A stretch of DNA of 64,000 nt. Source: a candidate division WOR-3 bacterium. Lineage in GTDB: Bacteria; Hydrothermota; Tepidihabitantia; B3-TA06. Below, in pieces: positions 18,075 through 25,776 of the stretch. Position numbers and translations under genes: made by a program. The notes under the pieces are model-generated. The model did no database searches, was not told where the DNA came from, and saw only the letters and a list, made by a program, of their open reading frames with translations. The first letter of the stretch is position 1. Every line of letters starts with the position of its first letter. The DNA lies in assembly GCA_965649265.1 (NCBI GenBank), contig CBFGKC010000006.1, forward strand, positions 1 to 64,000, read 5' to 3'.

Positions 18075-19022
18075 TTATCCCTTGCTTATGCTTATATCTC
18101 CACGCTTGACCTTCACGTAGAGCTTTGTTTTTGGTTCGCCGATGACTATCTTGTATTCTTCCATGTTGAATGCGGGTTCGAAATCGGTGCGTTCGGAATC
18201 GAAGTCCGAATCCAGGGTCATATTCTTGTGTTTGTGAACGATTACCTCAACGTCTGCATCCTGCGGAAGCGTCAGATCCAGGTCTCCCGACCCAAGGTCA
18301 ATGTTTCCACCCTTGCAATCGTCCAACTCCATACTGATGTCACCGGAACCCACCGATACGGATAACACCGCCGAGAGATCTTCGGCATCCAGATCGCCCG
18401 AGCCGAGGGAAACGGTCATCTCGCCTTGAATGCGTTCGAGGCTGATGTCGCCCGAACCCAGCGAGATGGTCGTTATGGTCGCCACATCCTTCACGTCCGC
18501 GTCGCCGGAGTTGTTGCGCACCGAGATTTCGGATAGATTCTCGATGTTAATGTCCCCGGAGGCCGCTTTGATTATTATCTTCTGACTTGTCGGCACGTCG
18601 AGATGCATGTCGCCCGAGATGGTCTTGATTACCAGATCCTTTTCGTCTTCGTGTATCTTATGTCCGCCTTCGAGCTTGACTCGTATGGTGTTTTCGTCGT
18701 CGCCCTTGACCGTGATATCTCCCGAGACCGACTTGACGAGGAGGTTCTCCCTGGGCTTGAACTCGACCTCCTTGGTCTCATCGTCGCCGGTTACGAAACC
18801 AAGTCCGGATATGCTCGTGGAGATCATTTCAGGAAGGTTCTTGAGGCTTAATTCAACCTTGCGCGCGATGCGCTCGCCGAATTCGGGACCCATGTGCCTG
18901 GGGCCGAATCGAGTGTAGCGCTCGCCCAGCACCTCGAGCAGCCTTGCCGCTTCGGGTGCCGTTATCTTGCCGTCTTCCAGCAACTTAAGAATTCTTTCTC
19001 TTTCGTCCATGACGCGCTCCAT
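18075..19022 (-). CDS. SHOCT-like N-terminus plus DUF4097 beta-strand repeat protein (YvlB/LiaX-like)
   Basis: ERERILKLLEDGKITAPEAARLLEVL followed by repeated SGDI/GSGDL beta repeats. Confidence 0.88.
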   Translation of the reverse strand: MERVMDERERILKLLEDGKITAPEAARLLEVLGERYTRFGPRHMGPEFGERIARKVELSLKNLPEMISTSISGLGFVTGDDETKEVEFKPRENLLVKSVSGDITVKGDDENTIRVKLEGGHKIHEDEKDLVIKTISGDMHLDVPTSQKIIIKAASGDINIENLSEISVRNNSGDADVKDVATITTISLGSGDISLERIQGEMTVSLGSGDLDAEDLSAVLSVSVGSGDISMELDDCKGGNIDLGSGDLDLTLPQDADVEVIVHKHKNMTLDSDFDSERTDFEPAFNMEEYKIVIGEPKTKLYVKVKRGDISISKG

Positions 19023-19573
19023 TAATCACAGCAGTCAAAATGCATGTCGCCCGGGCGAAGCTTGACCACTACTCTTTTGCGGTCCGGTCCGAAGTGATGG
19101 TGAGAAAAGTGATGGTGTTCGCCGAACCGGGTTCCGCCGAACCACGACCCATGTCGACCAGGATCTCTTTCGACTTCTATTATGCAATCGTCGGAGGCAT
19201 AACTCTTTCTCACTGCCTTTATAAGCTGCGACGCCTCTTCGGCCGTTATCTTACCTTCTTTCAGCATCTTGATTATGCGGGCGTTTTCTTCAGAGCCGTT
19301 CGCTTTTCCAGAATGTGACTTACTCATATTAATCCTGATTGGACCGATGCAGTCGGCAATCCCGGAATCGAGTAGAGATTCTTCGCAATCATCTTCGCCT
19401 AAACACCGTTCAAATCCGAATCCGTGTCTTTTCATGTGTAACATGTGTTTGTTGAGATGCTTAACCTTTCTTTTTTCGAGCTTTAACTTGAGCGCCTCGA
19501 ACAAGCGGGATGCCTCTTCGGCGCGAAGTTTTCCTTCCTCGAGCATTTGGAGTATCTTTTCGTGTTCTTCCAT
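19022..19573 (-). CDS. Protein with two SHOCT-like modules and His/Cys-rich segments
   Basis: AAGGAG RBS before ATG 19573 (track start 19666 rejected); ILQMLEEGKLRAEEA and IIKMLKEGKITAEEA; HHHFSHHHF; ends FDCCD. Confidence 0.82.
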   Translation of the reverse strand: MEEHEKILQMLEEGKLRAEEASRLFEALKLKLEKRKVKHLNKHMLHMKRHGFGFERCLGEDDCEESLLDSGIADCIGPIRINMSKSHSGKANGSEENARIIKMLKEGKITAEEASQLIKAVRKSYASDDCIIEVERDPGRHGSWFGGTRFGEHHHFSHHHFGPDRKRVVVKLRPGDMHFDCCD

Positions 19574-19587
19574 GATATTCTCCTTAC

Positions 19588-19758
19588 TTAATCTTCTTCC
19601 GGTTCCTCGGGCGGTTCCGGTGGTTCTGGCGGCTCGGGACACTCGACTTCTTCGTCCGGGCAGCACTGCTCATCGAGTGCCTTGAAGAGCATAACCGCCT
19701 CATCTACACTTATCTTACCTTCTTCGAGAAGGTTAAGAACTTGTATGCGTTCTTCCAT
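19588..19758 (-). CDS. 56-aa SHOCT-like protein with Cys cluster and Pro/Glu tail (not in ORF track)
   Basis: GGAGG RBS; MEERIQVLNLLEEGKISVDEAVMLFKALDEQCCPDEEVECPEPPEPPEPPEEPEED. Confidence 0.8.
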   Translation of the reverse strand: MEERIQVLNLLEEGKISVDEAVMLFKALDEQCCPDEEVECPEPPEPPEPPEEPEED

Positions 19759-20332
19759 TTGTTCCTCCGGAAGTAATTTTTCTAAAGTTGTACGTTTTTG
19801 ACCCCTTCCCCTTCAACTTAAACAATCCCTCCGACTCAATTATCTCTATAACCTCTTGTTCCTGCATGTGATGGTCATTCACCGAGAGGGTCCCTTCACC
19901 CGTCAGTACTCGATATAACTCTTTAAGAATCTGATTCTTATCTTCAAGACCATGCACGATATCGTAAAGAAGGACGGCGTCCACGCTCGAATCTTGGAGG
20001 TCTGTAGCGCATCCCGACGTGATGGTTTCCACGTTTAAGTACCCGTTGTTAAATGCGAGTTTCGCAAGTCTTTTAGTTGCAATAGGATTGATGTCGAGGC
20101 CGTACACCTTGCCGCAATCGCCGACCATCTCTGCCGCCGCAAGGGTGTGTCCGCCAGGGCCGCATCCGAAGTCTAGTACATTTGAACCTTGCGTGATTCC
20201 GACTTCCTTGAGCGTTTCCTGGGGCGGGTTCTTTTTATTTCGCCGATTGAGCCTGGCAAGCATCATTCTGTAAGCGATGCCCGACAAGAAGTTATTGTCA
20301 TTACGCGGTTTATGCAAGGTGTGGTCGCTCAT
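19733..20332 (-). CDS. Class I SAM-dependent methyltransferase
   Basis: VLDFGCGPG motif I, VYGLDI, SVDAVLLYD, LKELYRVL..G.L. Confidence 0.9.
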   Translation of the reverse strand: MSDHTLHKPRNDNNFLSGIAYRMMLARLNRRNKKNPPQETLKEVGITQGSNVLDFGCGPGGHTLAAAEMVGDCGKVYGLDINPIATKRLAKLAFNNGYLNVETITSGCATDLQDSSVDAVLLYDIVHGLEDKNQILKELYRVLTGEGTLSVNDHHMQEQEVIEIIESEGLFKLKGKGSKTYNFRKITSGGTNGRTHTSS

Positions 20333-20341
20333 CTCAATTCA

Positions 20342-20605
20342 CTAATGGCACCGGGATGTCATTATTATTCTTGGGGCAAGTCGCCTGAAGGCCGAGCCAA
20401 ATCCGCAGCAAAACGCCGCTCGCATGGGTGCAAGAGGAAGGTAAGGGGGGAGGGTCGGCAACGGTGGAACAGGCGGCAGGCGGAAAGCCGTTCTAACTTG
20501 CCTGAATCCGTAGCTTTTCTTTAGCGCTTCGAGCAGCTGGCCGGCCTCTTGCGCGGAAATTTTTCCTTCCTCGAGAAGTTTCAAAATCCTTTGCCTGGGG
20601 TTCAC
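20342..20605 (-). CDS. Small SHOCT-like protein with Pro-rich and Cys-containing tail
   Basis: RQRILKLLEEGKISAQEAGQLLEALK, LPPVPPLPTLPP, FCCG; GGAGG RBS. Confidence 0.78.
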   Translation of the reverse strand: MNPRQRILKLLEEGKISAQEAGQLLEALKKSYGFRQVRTAFRLPPVPPLPTLPPYLPLAPMRAAFCCGFGSAFRRLAPRIIMTSRCH

Positions 20606-20616
20606 TCGCTCCTCCG

Positions 20617-20712
20617 TTACAGTCCTAAGAAGAATCCTGTGAGAAGATTCCGCAGGTACTCTTCTGTAAGTGATGGTTTTCTGTTAATTATAGGGCGTCT
20701 TGGGAAGATCAC
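20617..20712 (-). CDS. 31-aa peptide (not in ORF track)
   Basis: TAAGGAGG RBS, GTG start, MIFPRRPIINRKPSLTEEYLRNLLTGFFLGL; fills the gap between two operon genes. Confidence 0.55.
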   Translation of the reverse strand: MIFPRRPIINRKPSLTEEYLRNLLTGFFLGL

Positions 20713-20724
20713 AATTCCTCCTTA

Positions 20725-21102
20725 TTATTCTTCTTCATCCTTGCGGATGAGTTTTATTGCGTCCTCTGCGGAGAGCTCGCCTTGCTCAAGTTTATCGAGT
20801 ACGTCACTTATCTCTTCCTGGGATGCCTTTGAGGTTATTATGCCCATCTTGGCCAGTAATGCGTCCAGACGGTTGCGCACCGTAGGGTAGGAGAGTGCAA
20901 GTTCACGTTGTACGTCTCTTAAGCTACCCCTGGAGCGCAGGAAAATCATGAGAAATTCGCGCTCCGCTTCATCCAGCCTTGAAAATGGCGGAATCTCAAA
21001 GTCACCCTTGATCTTAGTGTCGCACTCACGACAACTTAGCTCGGAAATGTAAAGCTCGCCTGAGCAGACAGGACATTTTCCGATGAGTTTCTTTTCAGCC
21101 AT
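20725..21102 (-). CDS. DUF2089 family protein (Zn ribbon, HTH, SHOCT-like C-terminus); probable transcription regulator
   Basis: CPVC..C.EC.TKIKGDF, FLRSRGSLRDVQRELALSYPTVRNRLD, VLDKLEQGELSAEDAI. Confidence 0.9.
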   Translation of the reverse strand: MAEKKLIGKCPVCSGELYISELSCRECDTKIKGDFEIPPFSRLDEAEREFLMIFLRSRGSLRDVQRELALSYPTVRNRLDALLAKMGIITSKASQEEISDVLDKLEQGELSAEDAIKLIRKDEEE

Positions 21103-21108
21103 ATCGGA

Positions 21109-21179
21109 ATTATAGTCAAATTTTAAACTTTGTCAAGGTCTAGTTTAACATTGTTAAACTAATTGAATTTAGTTTGACA
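21109..21179 (-). promoter_or_regulatory. Promoter and palindromic operator of the DUF2089 operon
   Basis: TTGACA-N16-TATAAT ending 6 nt before the ATG; perfect inverted repeat TAGTTTAACA-T-TGTTAAACTA at 21141-21161; extra half-site TAGTTTGACA at 21170. Confidence 0.75.
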
Positions 21180-21240
21180 CATTGGGCATTCCTGAATTAA
21201 TAATTTCCGTGCACTCCGAACCGGGGGTGCCGTATAAAAA

Positions 21241-21326
21241 GCTGGTCAGAAGTTGGACAAAATTAGGTAAAAAAAGCTGGACAAAAGTGGGACAAAAGAT
21301 GGTCAAAAGATGGACAAAACGGCAAA
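21241..21326. repeat. Degenerate 11-13 bp tandem repeat (TGGACAAAAG-like, about 7 units)
   Basis: GCTGGTCAGAAGTTGGACAAAATTAGGTAAAAAAAGCTGGACAAAAGTGGGACAAAAGATGGTCAAAAGATGGACAAAA. Confidence 0.7.
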
Positions 21327-21761
21327 TTTTCCCTCCAAAATGACTGAATTTCAGGGCAAATTTCAAAGCGCCGCCATGAGCGGGGTAGGTTTTCTCGGGG
21401 TAAAAAAGGGTGAATTAACGGGTCTTTTGAGGTGTAAAAAACTTTTATTGCCTTCGAGCGAGCTCAACCGCCTCCGGCGGTGCGAAGCAACCCTATTGGT
21501 CGCTGAAGATGTATTCATGTAAGGAATACTCTTTTTTGTCATTGCGAGGAGCGAGGCGACGCGGCAATCTCATAGCACAATGTGTTAATGATTGGACGTT
21601 CTCTGCAAACTCAACCGTCTAACTTGACAATGGAGTCTTTGCGAGTGTCACCCTGAGCGATCGAAGCTCCGTAGGGCGAACGCAGGGAGCAATCTATTCC
21701 CGAAGGGAATGCTCCTTTGTTTCCCCTCCCTAGCGGAGGGGGGGAAGGGGGCGGGATTAAC

Positions 21762-21788
21762 GTAGGGGCCGACCTTAAGGTCGGCCCG
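21762..21788 (+). repeat. GTAG-type REP palindrome (left copy)
   Basis: GTAGGGGCCGACCTTAAGGTCGGCCCG. Confidence 0.85.
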
Positions 21789-21800
21789 ACAAAGTTTCAA

Positions 21801-22544
21801 TCAACAACTATTCTCTATGTTAAAGGAAGCTTTACACTTTTCGCATAAAACCGTAAAAGGCAAATCCTTTGTACTTCCCTTGAGGGTTGTCAAACAATTT
21901 CTACACAGTATTTCGTATTCGTTGACTTTATCCAGTTTGTTAATTATAGCTCTCTTACCAATCATTTCTCCAAGAGCGACAAGTGAGTATTCCCAGGCGG
22001 CAATTGAAAAGATTTTGGCGTTGCCTTTGATGAGACCGTTAATGTACGACATTAGCGTGATGCTGTTTTCAGATGGTGTGATTGAGTATTGTTCAGAACG
22101 AATCACAAGATCATTGTCGAGTTGTTTAGTTTGTTCATCAGTGAGTTTGAGAGATTCTTGCAATGTTGAATACAGCCGGTGCTGTGTTTTACTCCGAAGT
22201 TGAAGCCATATTTCCTTATCCTTGCTACTTTGCAAGAAGGAATCAGCCCATGCAAAGACGAACCATAAAACCTCTAGGAATAACTGCTGATTGAAACTTG
22301 GAGAAGAAAAATAATTATCAAAATCGCGTTTATTGTTCCACCCGTTTGAGAAATCTTCAATAACATTCTTAAGAGTAATGTCTCTTTTAGCCAAGGTCGC
22401 AGTTTCGTAGTTTTGATAAGTTTCAATGATGTCCTGAGTTATTTTGAAGCAAACCCCAAGTAAATTAGAATCGAAACTACTAGAGCGTATTAATACGTAC
22501 CCTTCGTTCACAATTAATGGTAAATCACTTTCATCAAAAGTCAA
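21801..22544 (-). CDS. AT-rich hypothetical protein with C-terminal CxxC...CxxC zinc ribbon
   Basis: 247-aa ORF, visibly lower GC than its flanks; CRNC...CEKC; start uncertain. Confidence 0.65.
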   Translation of the reverse strand: MTFDESDLPLIVNEGYVLIRSSSFDSNLLGVCFKITQDIIETYQNYETATLAKRDITLKNVIEDFSNGWNNKRDFDNYFSSPSFNQQLFLEVLWFVFAWADSFLQSSKDKEIWLQLRSKTQHRLYSTLQESLKLTDEQTKQLDNDLVIRSEQYSITPSENSITLMSYINGLIKGNAKIFSIAAWEYSLVALGEMIGKRAIINKLDKVNEYEILCRNCLTTLKGSTKDLPFTVLCEKCKASFNIENSC

Positions 22545-22560
22545 GCTTACGTCACAATAT

Positions 22561-22587
22561 CGGGCCGACCTAAAGGTCGGCCCCTAC
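22561..22587 (-). repeat. GTAG-type REP palindrome (right copy, inverted)
   Basis: Reverse complement is GTAGGGGCCGACCTTTAGGTCGGCCCG, one mismatch to the left copy. Confidence 0.85.
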
Positions 22588-22791
22588 ATTGTTAAGATTC
22601 TCACGGACGCTAGTGGCGTCTTCAGAATGACAAGCTCAAAATCGACCTGTCACCCTGAGGAGTAGAGGCCGGAGGCCGAAACGACGTGAGGGTCTCATCT
22701 TTCAGACACCGTAATAACACAAGAAGTCATGTGCCGGGTTTAGGCGATTGCTTCGCCCTCCCTTGGAGGACTACCCACTGTTAAAAAGGTC

Positions 22792-22853
22792 GTGTGTTAC
22801 GGGAGGTGGTGTTACAGGAGGTGATGTTGCGGGTGTTACTGAGGAGGGCGGGC
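22792..22853. repeat. Degenerate GTGTTACGGG x4 plus CTGAGGAGGG (dispersed repeat family)
   Basis: GTGTTACGGGAGGTGGTGTTACAGGAGGTGATGTTGCGGGTGTTACTGAGGAGGGCG. Confidence 0.75.
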
Positions 22854-22961
22854 TTGACACCCCCTCCCCTTCACATGAAACGATTTGCAGTTATCAATAT
22901 CCTTTTACCGTATCAAAAGGCTTAACGGTTTTTAGAGGCTAGTGTGCTTCTTGCCACGGGA

Positions 22962-22989
22962 TTGACAAAAGTTGATAAAGGTGTATATT
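22962..22989 (+). promoter_or_regulatory. Sigma70-type promoter for the leader peptide-rsgA unit
   Basis: TTGACA-N16-TATATT. Confidence 0.6.
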
Positions 22990-23021
22990 TTCAACGTAAA
23001 CAAACCACAAAGGAGGACGTT

Positions 23022-23084
23022 ATGTTTTACACTAATCAATCGAGTTGCACAAGGGTATTACCCGCTGCTCCGCCCCCGTCGTGA
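23022..23084 (+). CDS. Putative 20-aa leader peptide MFYTNQSSCTRVLPAAPPPS
   Basis: AAGGAGG RBS upstream of the ATG; lies between the promoter and rsgA. Confidence 0.55.
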   Translation: MFYTNQSSCTRVLPAAPPPS

Positions 23085-23201
23085 GATCAGCCTGATCTGA
23101 TCGGCTGTTTCCGGGGGTAGCTTCGAGGTGATTTAACCTTTCCTGCGACTAGACCAAAAAAAATCGTAGTAGAAAAAACAACAATCCTCTGGAGGATTAT
23201 T

Positions 23202-24185
23202 TTGAACGAAAGTTCCGGAAAGGTATTCAAAAAAGTCATCGGCCGGTACTGGGTAAAGTCGGGCTCGAGGACCGTGGTCTGCACGCTCTCGACGAAGCTG
23301 CGCAAGGTGCTCGTATACCCCGAGGCCGACCCCTCCTCCCGGCACCCGACCGTAGACCGCGTCGCCGAGATAGAGATGGTGGACCCGGTTGCCGTGGGCG
23401 ACGACGTGTGGTTCGTTTGCTCTGCGGACGACACGGGCATGATAACGTCCGTGCTCGAGCGTCGCAACAAGCTCTCGCGCCGCGCGGTCGTGCACGGTGC
23501 GGATAAGTGGGAGTCACGAAACAAGAACGTCGAGCAGATAATCGTCGCGAACGTGGACCAGATAGTCGCGGTCGTTTCCGCCGCTAACCCGAAGCCGTCG
23601 TGGCGGCTTCTTGACCGCTACCTTGCGGACGCCGAGCTCTACGAACTGCCCGTTGTCATCCTCTTCACGAAGATGGACCTGGTCGAGGAATCAAGCTTCA
23701 GGAAAGAAGTGGAGGTCTACCTCAGCATCGGCTACAGGCTTATCTTCACGAGTGCGGTCACATCGCTCGGCCTGGATGAACTCCGCACCCTCCTTGCAAA
23801 CAAAACCTCAGTCCTTATGGGGAAATCCGGTGTGGGCAAGACCACGCTGCTCAACGTTCTTGAACCCGGGCTCGGTCTGCGGGTTCAGGAGGTCTCCGGC
23901 CGCGTCAACAAGGGGCGCCACACGACCACCAATCTCGAGATGTTCCCGCTTGCCTCGGGCGGCTTCGTGATAGACACGCCCGGGATGCGCGAGTTCGCGC
24001 CGTGGCAGTCCGGGGACGTGAACACCGCCTGGCTCTTTCGCGAGATGCGGCCCTACATTGGAGCATGCAAGTTCGGCATGGACTGCACGCACTCGCACGA
24101 GCCCGGCTGCGCGGTCAAGCAAGCGGTGGCTTCCGGCGCTATCTCAGAACGCAGGTTCGACAGCTATCTGAGGATTATCCGGTAA
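23202..24185 (+). CDS. rsgA: Ribosome small subunit-dependent GTPase A
   Basis: AVGD, ANVDQ, TKMDL, GKSGVGKTT, GRHTTT, DTPGMREF, CKFGMDCTHSHEPGCAV. Confidence 0.95.
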   Translation: MNESSGKVFKKVIGRYWVKSGSRTVVCTLSTKLRKVLVYPEADPSSRHPTVDRVAEIEMVDPVAVGDDVWFVCSADDTGMITSVLERRNKLSRRAVVHGADKWESRNKNVEQIIVANVDQIVAVVSAANPKPSWRLLDRYLADAELYELPVVILFTKMDLVEESSFRKEVEVYLSIGYRLIFTSAVTSLGLDELRTLLANKTSVLMGKSGVGKTTLLNVLEPGLGLRVQEVSGRVNKGRHTTTNLEMFPLASGGFVIDTPGMREFAPWQSGDVNTAWLFREMRPYIGACKFGMDCTHSHEPGCAVKQAVASGAISERRFDSYLRIIR

Positions 24186-24188
24186 CGA

Positions 24189-24212
24189 GAGGGGCCGGCA
24201 AGCCGGCCCCTC
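24189..24212 (+). terminator. GC-rich hairpin after rsgA
   Basis: GAGGGGCCGGC-AA-GCCGGCCCCTC; no clear U tract. Confidence 0.5.
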
Positions 24213-24463
24213 CTCAATAAATCCGCTGCGCAGTTACTGCGCCGAGTCGTCATTTCATGATGCTTGGGCTGATCTAATCTTCGATTCGGGCAAGGGTTCC
24301 GACATTGACTCACCCTTTTCTCGCGCCGGTGTTTTTTAGTCTGAGTGCGTTCGTGGATTCTGAGGAGGGCGAGGAGGGCGGCGACATCGAATGTCGCTTG
24401 TCGAACTTCGTTCGACCGGAAGGTTCCTGGATATTCTTCAAATTGGGAAATGTGAAGGGTGTT

Positions 24464-24530
24464 GCTGAGGGGGGCTGAGGGGGGCTGAGGGGGGCTGAGG
24501 AGGGCTGAGGAGGGCTGAGGAGGGCGAGGA
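24464..24530. repeat. 10-bp minisatellite (GCTGAGG[G/A]GG) x6-7 abutting a stop codon
   Basis: Read directly; a related copy lies at 24360-24380. Confidence 0.9.
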
Positions 24531-25634
24531 CTATTCCTCTATCCTGACAGGGGTACCCACCCTGACCATCTGCTTGAGTTCGGTGATATCCTCGTTATGC
24601 AGGCGGATGCATCCTTCCGACGCGCGGGTGCCGATCGATGCGGGGTCGTGGGTGCCGTGAACGGCGATACCTTCCCATGCCTTGCCCGACTCGGTTTCCG
24701 TTGCCAGTGTCGAGAGCAGCAGGAACCATGGCCCGTAAGCGCCCTTTATAGGGCCCTTGCCGTCGCCGAAATCGTGCTCCCATGTGTGCGAGTCCTGGAT
24801 CGCCGTGATCGTGAAGTCTCCCAGCGGCGTGCGGCAGTCGCCTCGGCGCTCCTTGTCCCCTGCATTGCGGCCCGTGGCTATCGCGTAGGTCTTGACGAGC
24901 GCGCCTTCCTTGTATACGAAAAGCTGGAAGGTGGATTTCTTTATCACGATCGAAACCCCGCCGGGTGCGGCCTTCACCTTTGATGCCGTGATGGCATCCG
25001 TTCCCAGAACGAGAATCATGTCCGCGAGGTTCGTTCTCGTCTCTACCCGGCCGGTGCCCAGCTCGGCCACTATCTTTTCCGCGAGCGGCTTGTCCGACTT
25101 GGAACAGTAGAGTACCGTTTTCGTGAAGGTGTCGGCGTCCGCAGACTGAGGCTCGAGCGCCGATATACCGAAGCGCGCGGTGAAACGGTACGCGGCGTCA
25201 CGCGCGATTCCCGCCTTTGATGTTCCGTTCAATACCAGTATGCTGCGTCCGAAGGGCACCGAATCGAACGCGAAGGCGTTGATTCCCAGGAAAACGTGAA
25301 CGGTGCCGCGTGAATCGGTATCGGCCACGTCCGCTTCCGGGAAAACCTTTCTAAGAGCATCGAGCCAGATACGGTCCTCGGGATGTATGAAGATGCGGGA
25401 GTCCACCTTGTAAGAAAAATCGGAGTCCTTTGAACCGACCGAATCATTGAGCCCGAGCGAATCCAGAAGAATCCTGGTCTCCGGTGTCGGGTAGTTGAGA
25501 TTCCTGAGCGTCGCGTAACCCGAACATGAGTTGTGCAAAATCAGGAGCGGCTGCCGGGGTTTGCACGCCGGCATGAGAAAGATGAAAGCGAGCAAGATGA
25601 TTCCAGGGACCAGGAGGGGGACTTTTCTTTTCAT
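24531..25634 (-). CDS. L,D-transpeptidase (YkuD) lipoprotein with LytR_C-like domain
   Basis: IAVHGT...SEGCIRL catalytic motif; VLNGTSKAGIA; signal ending MPAC; start moved from 25886 to the ATG following TTGACA-N16-TAGACT. Confidence 0.88.
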   Translation of the reverse strand: MKRKVPLLVPGIILLAFIFLMPACKPRQPLLILHNSCSGYATLRNLNYPTPETRILLDSLGLNDSVGSKDSDFSYKVDSRIFIHPEDRIWLDALRKVFPEADVADTDSRGTVHVFLGINAFAFDSVPFGRSILVLNGTSKAGIARDAAYRFTARFGISALEPQSADADTFTKTVLYCSKSDKPLAEKIVAELGTGRVETRTNLADMILVLGTDAITASKVKAAPGGVSIVIKKSTFQLFVYKEGALVKTYAIATGRNAGDKERRGDCRTPLGDFTITAIQDSHTWEHDFGDGKGPIKGAYGPWFLLLSTLATETESGKAWEGIAVHGTHDPASIGTRASEGCIRLHNEDITELKQMVRVGTPVRIEE

Positions 25635-25776
25635 AATGTACAGTCTACAGCGGAGGAAGGGGATGTCAACGCAAGGGCTTGACAACGGGTTGCAATCCCT
25701 TAGACTTATAGAGTATATGTGGGAAATTGGGGTCATTGACTTGACAATTAAAAAAACCGGACTATACTCAAAGCCG

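Noticed and set aside
19574-19666. Track start for 19022..19666
   Set aside because: It overlaps the 56-aa SHOCT gene; a better RBS precedes ATG 19573
19733-20332. Arsenite methyltransferase (ArsM) call
   Set aside because: The SAM motif is similar, but I cannot identify the conserved ArsM cysteine arrangement and the protein is shorter
21762-22587. Integron cassette or IS element
   Set aside because: No attC RYYYAAC...GTTRRRY structure, integrase or transposase is visible; the flanks fit GTAG REPs better
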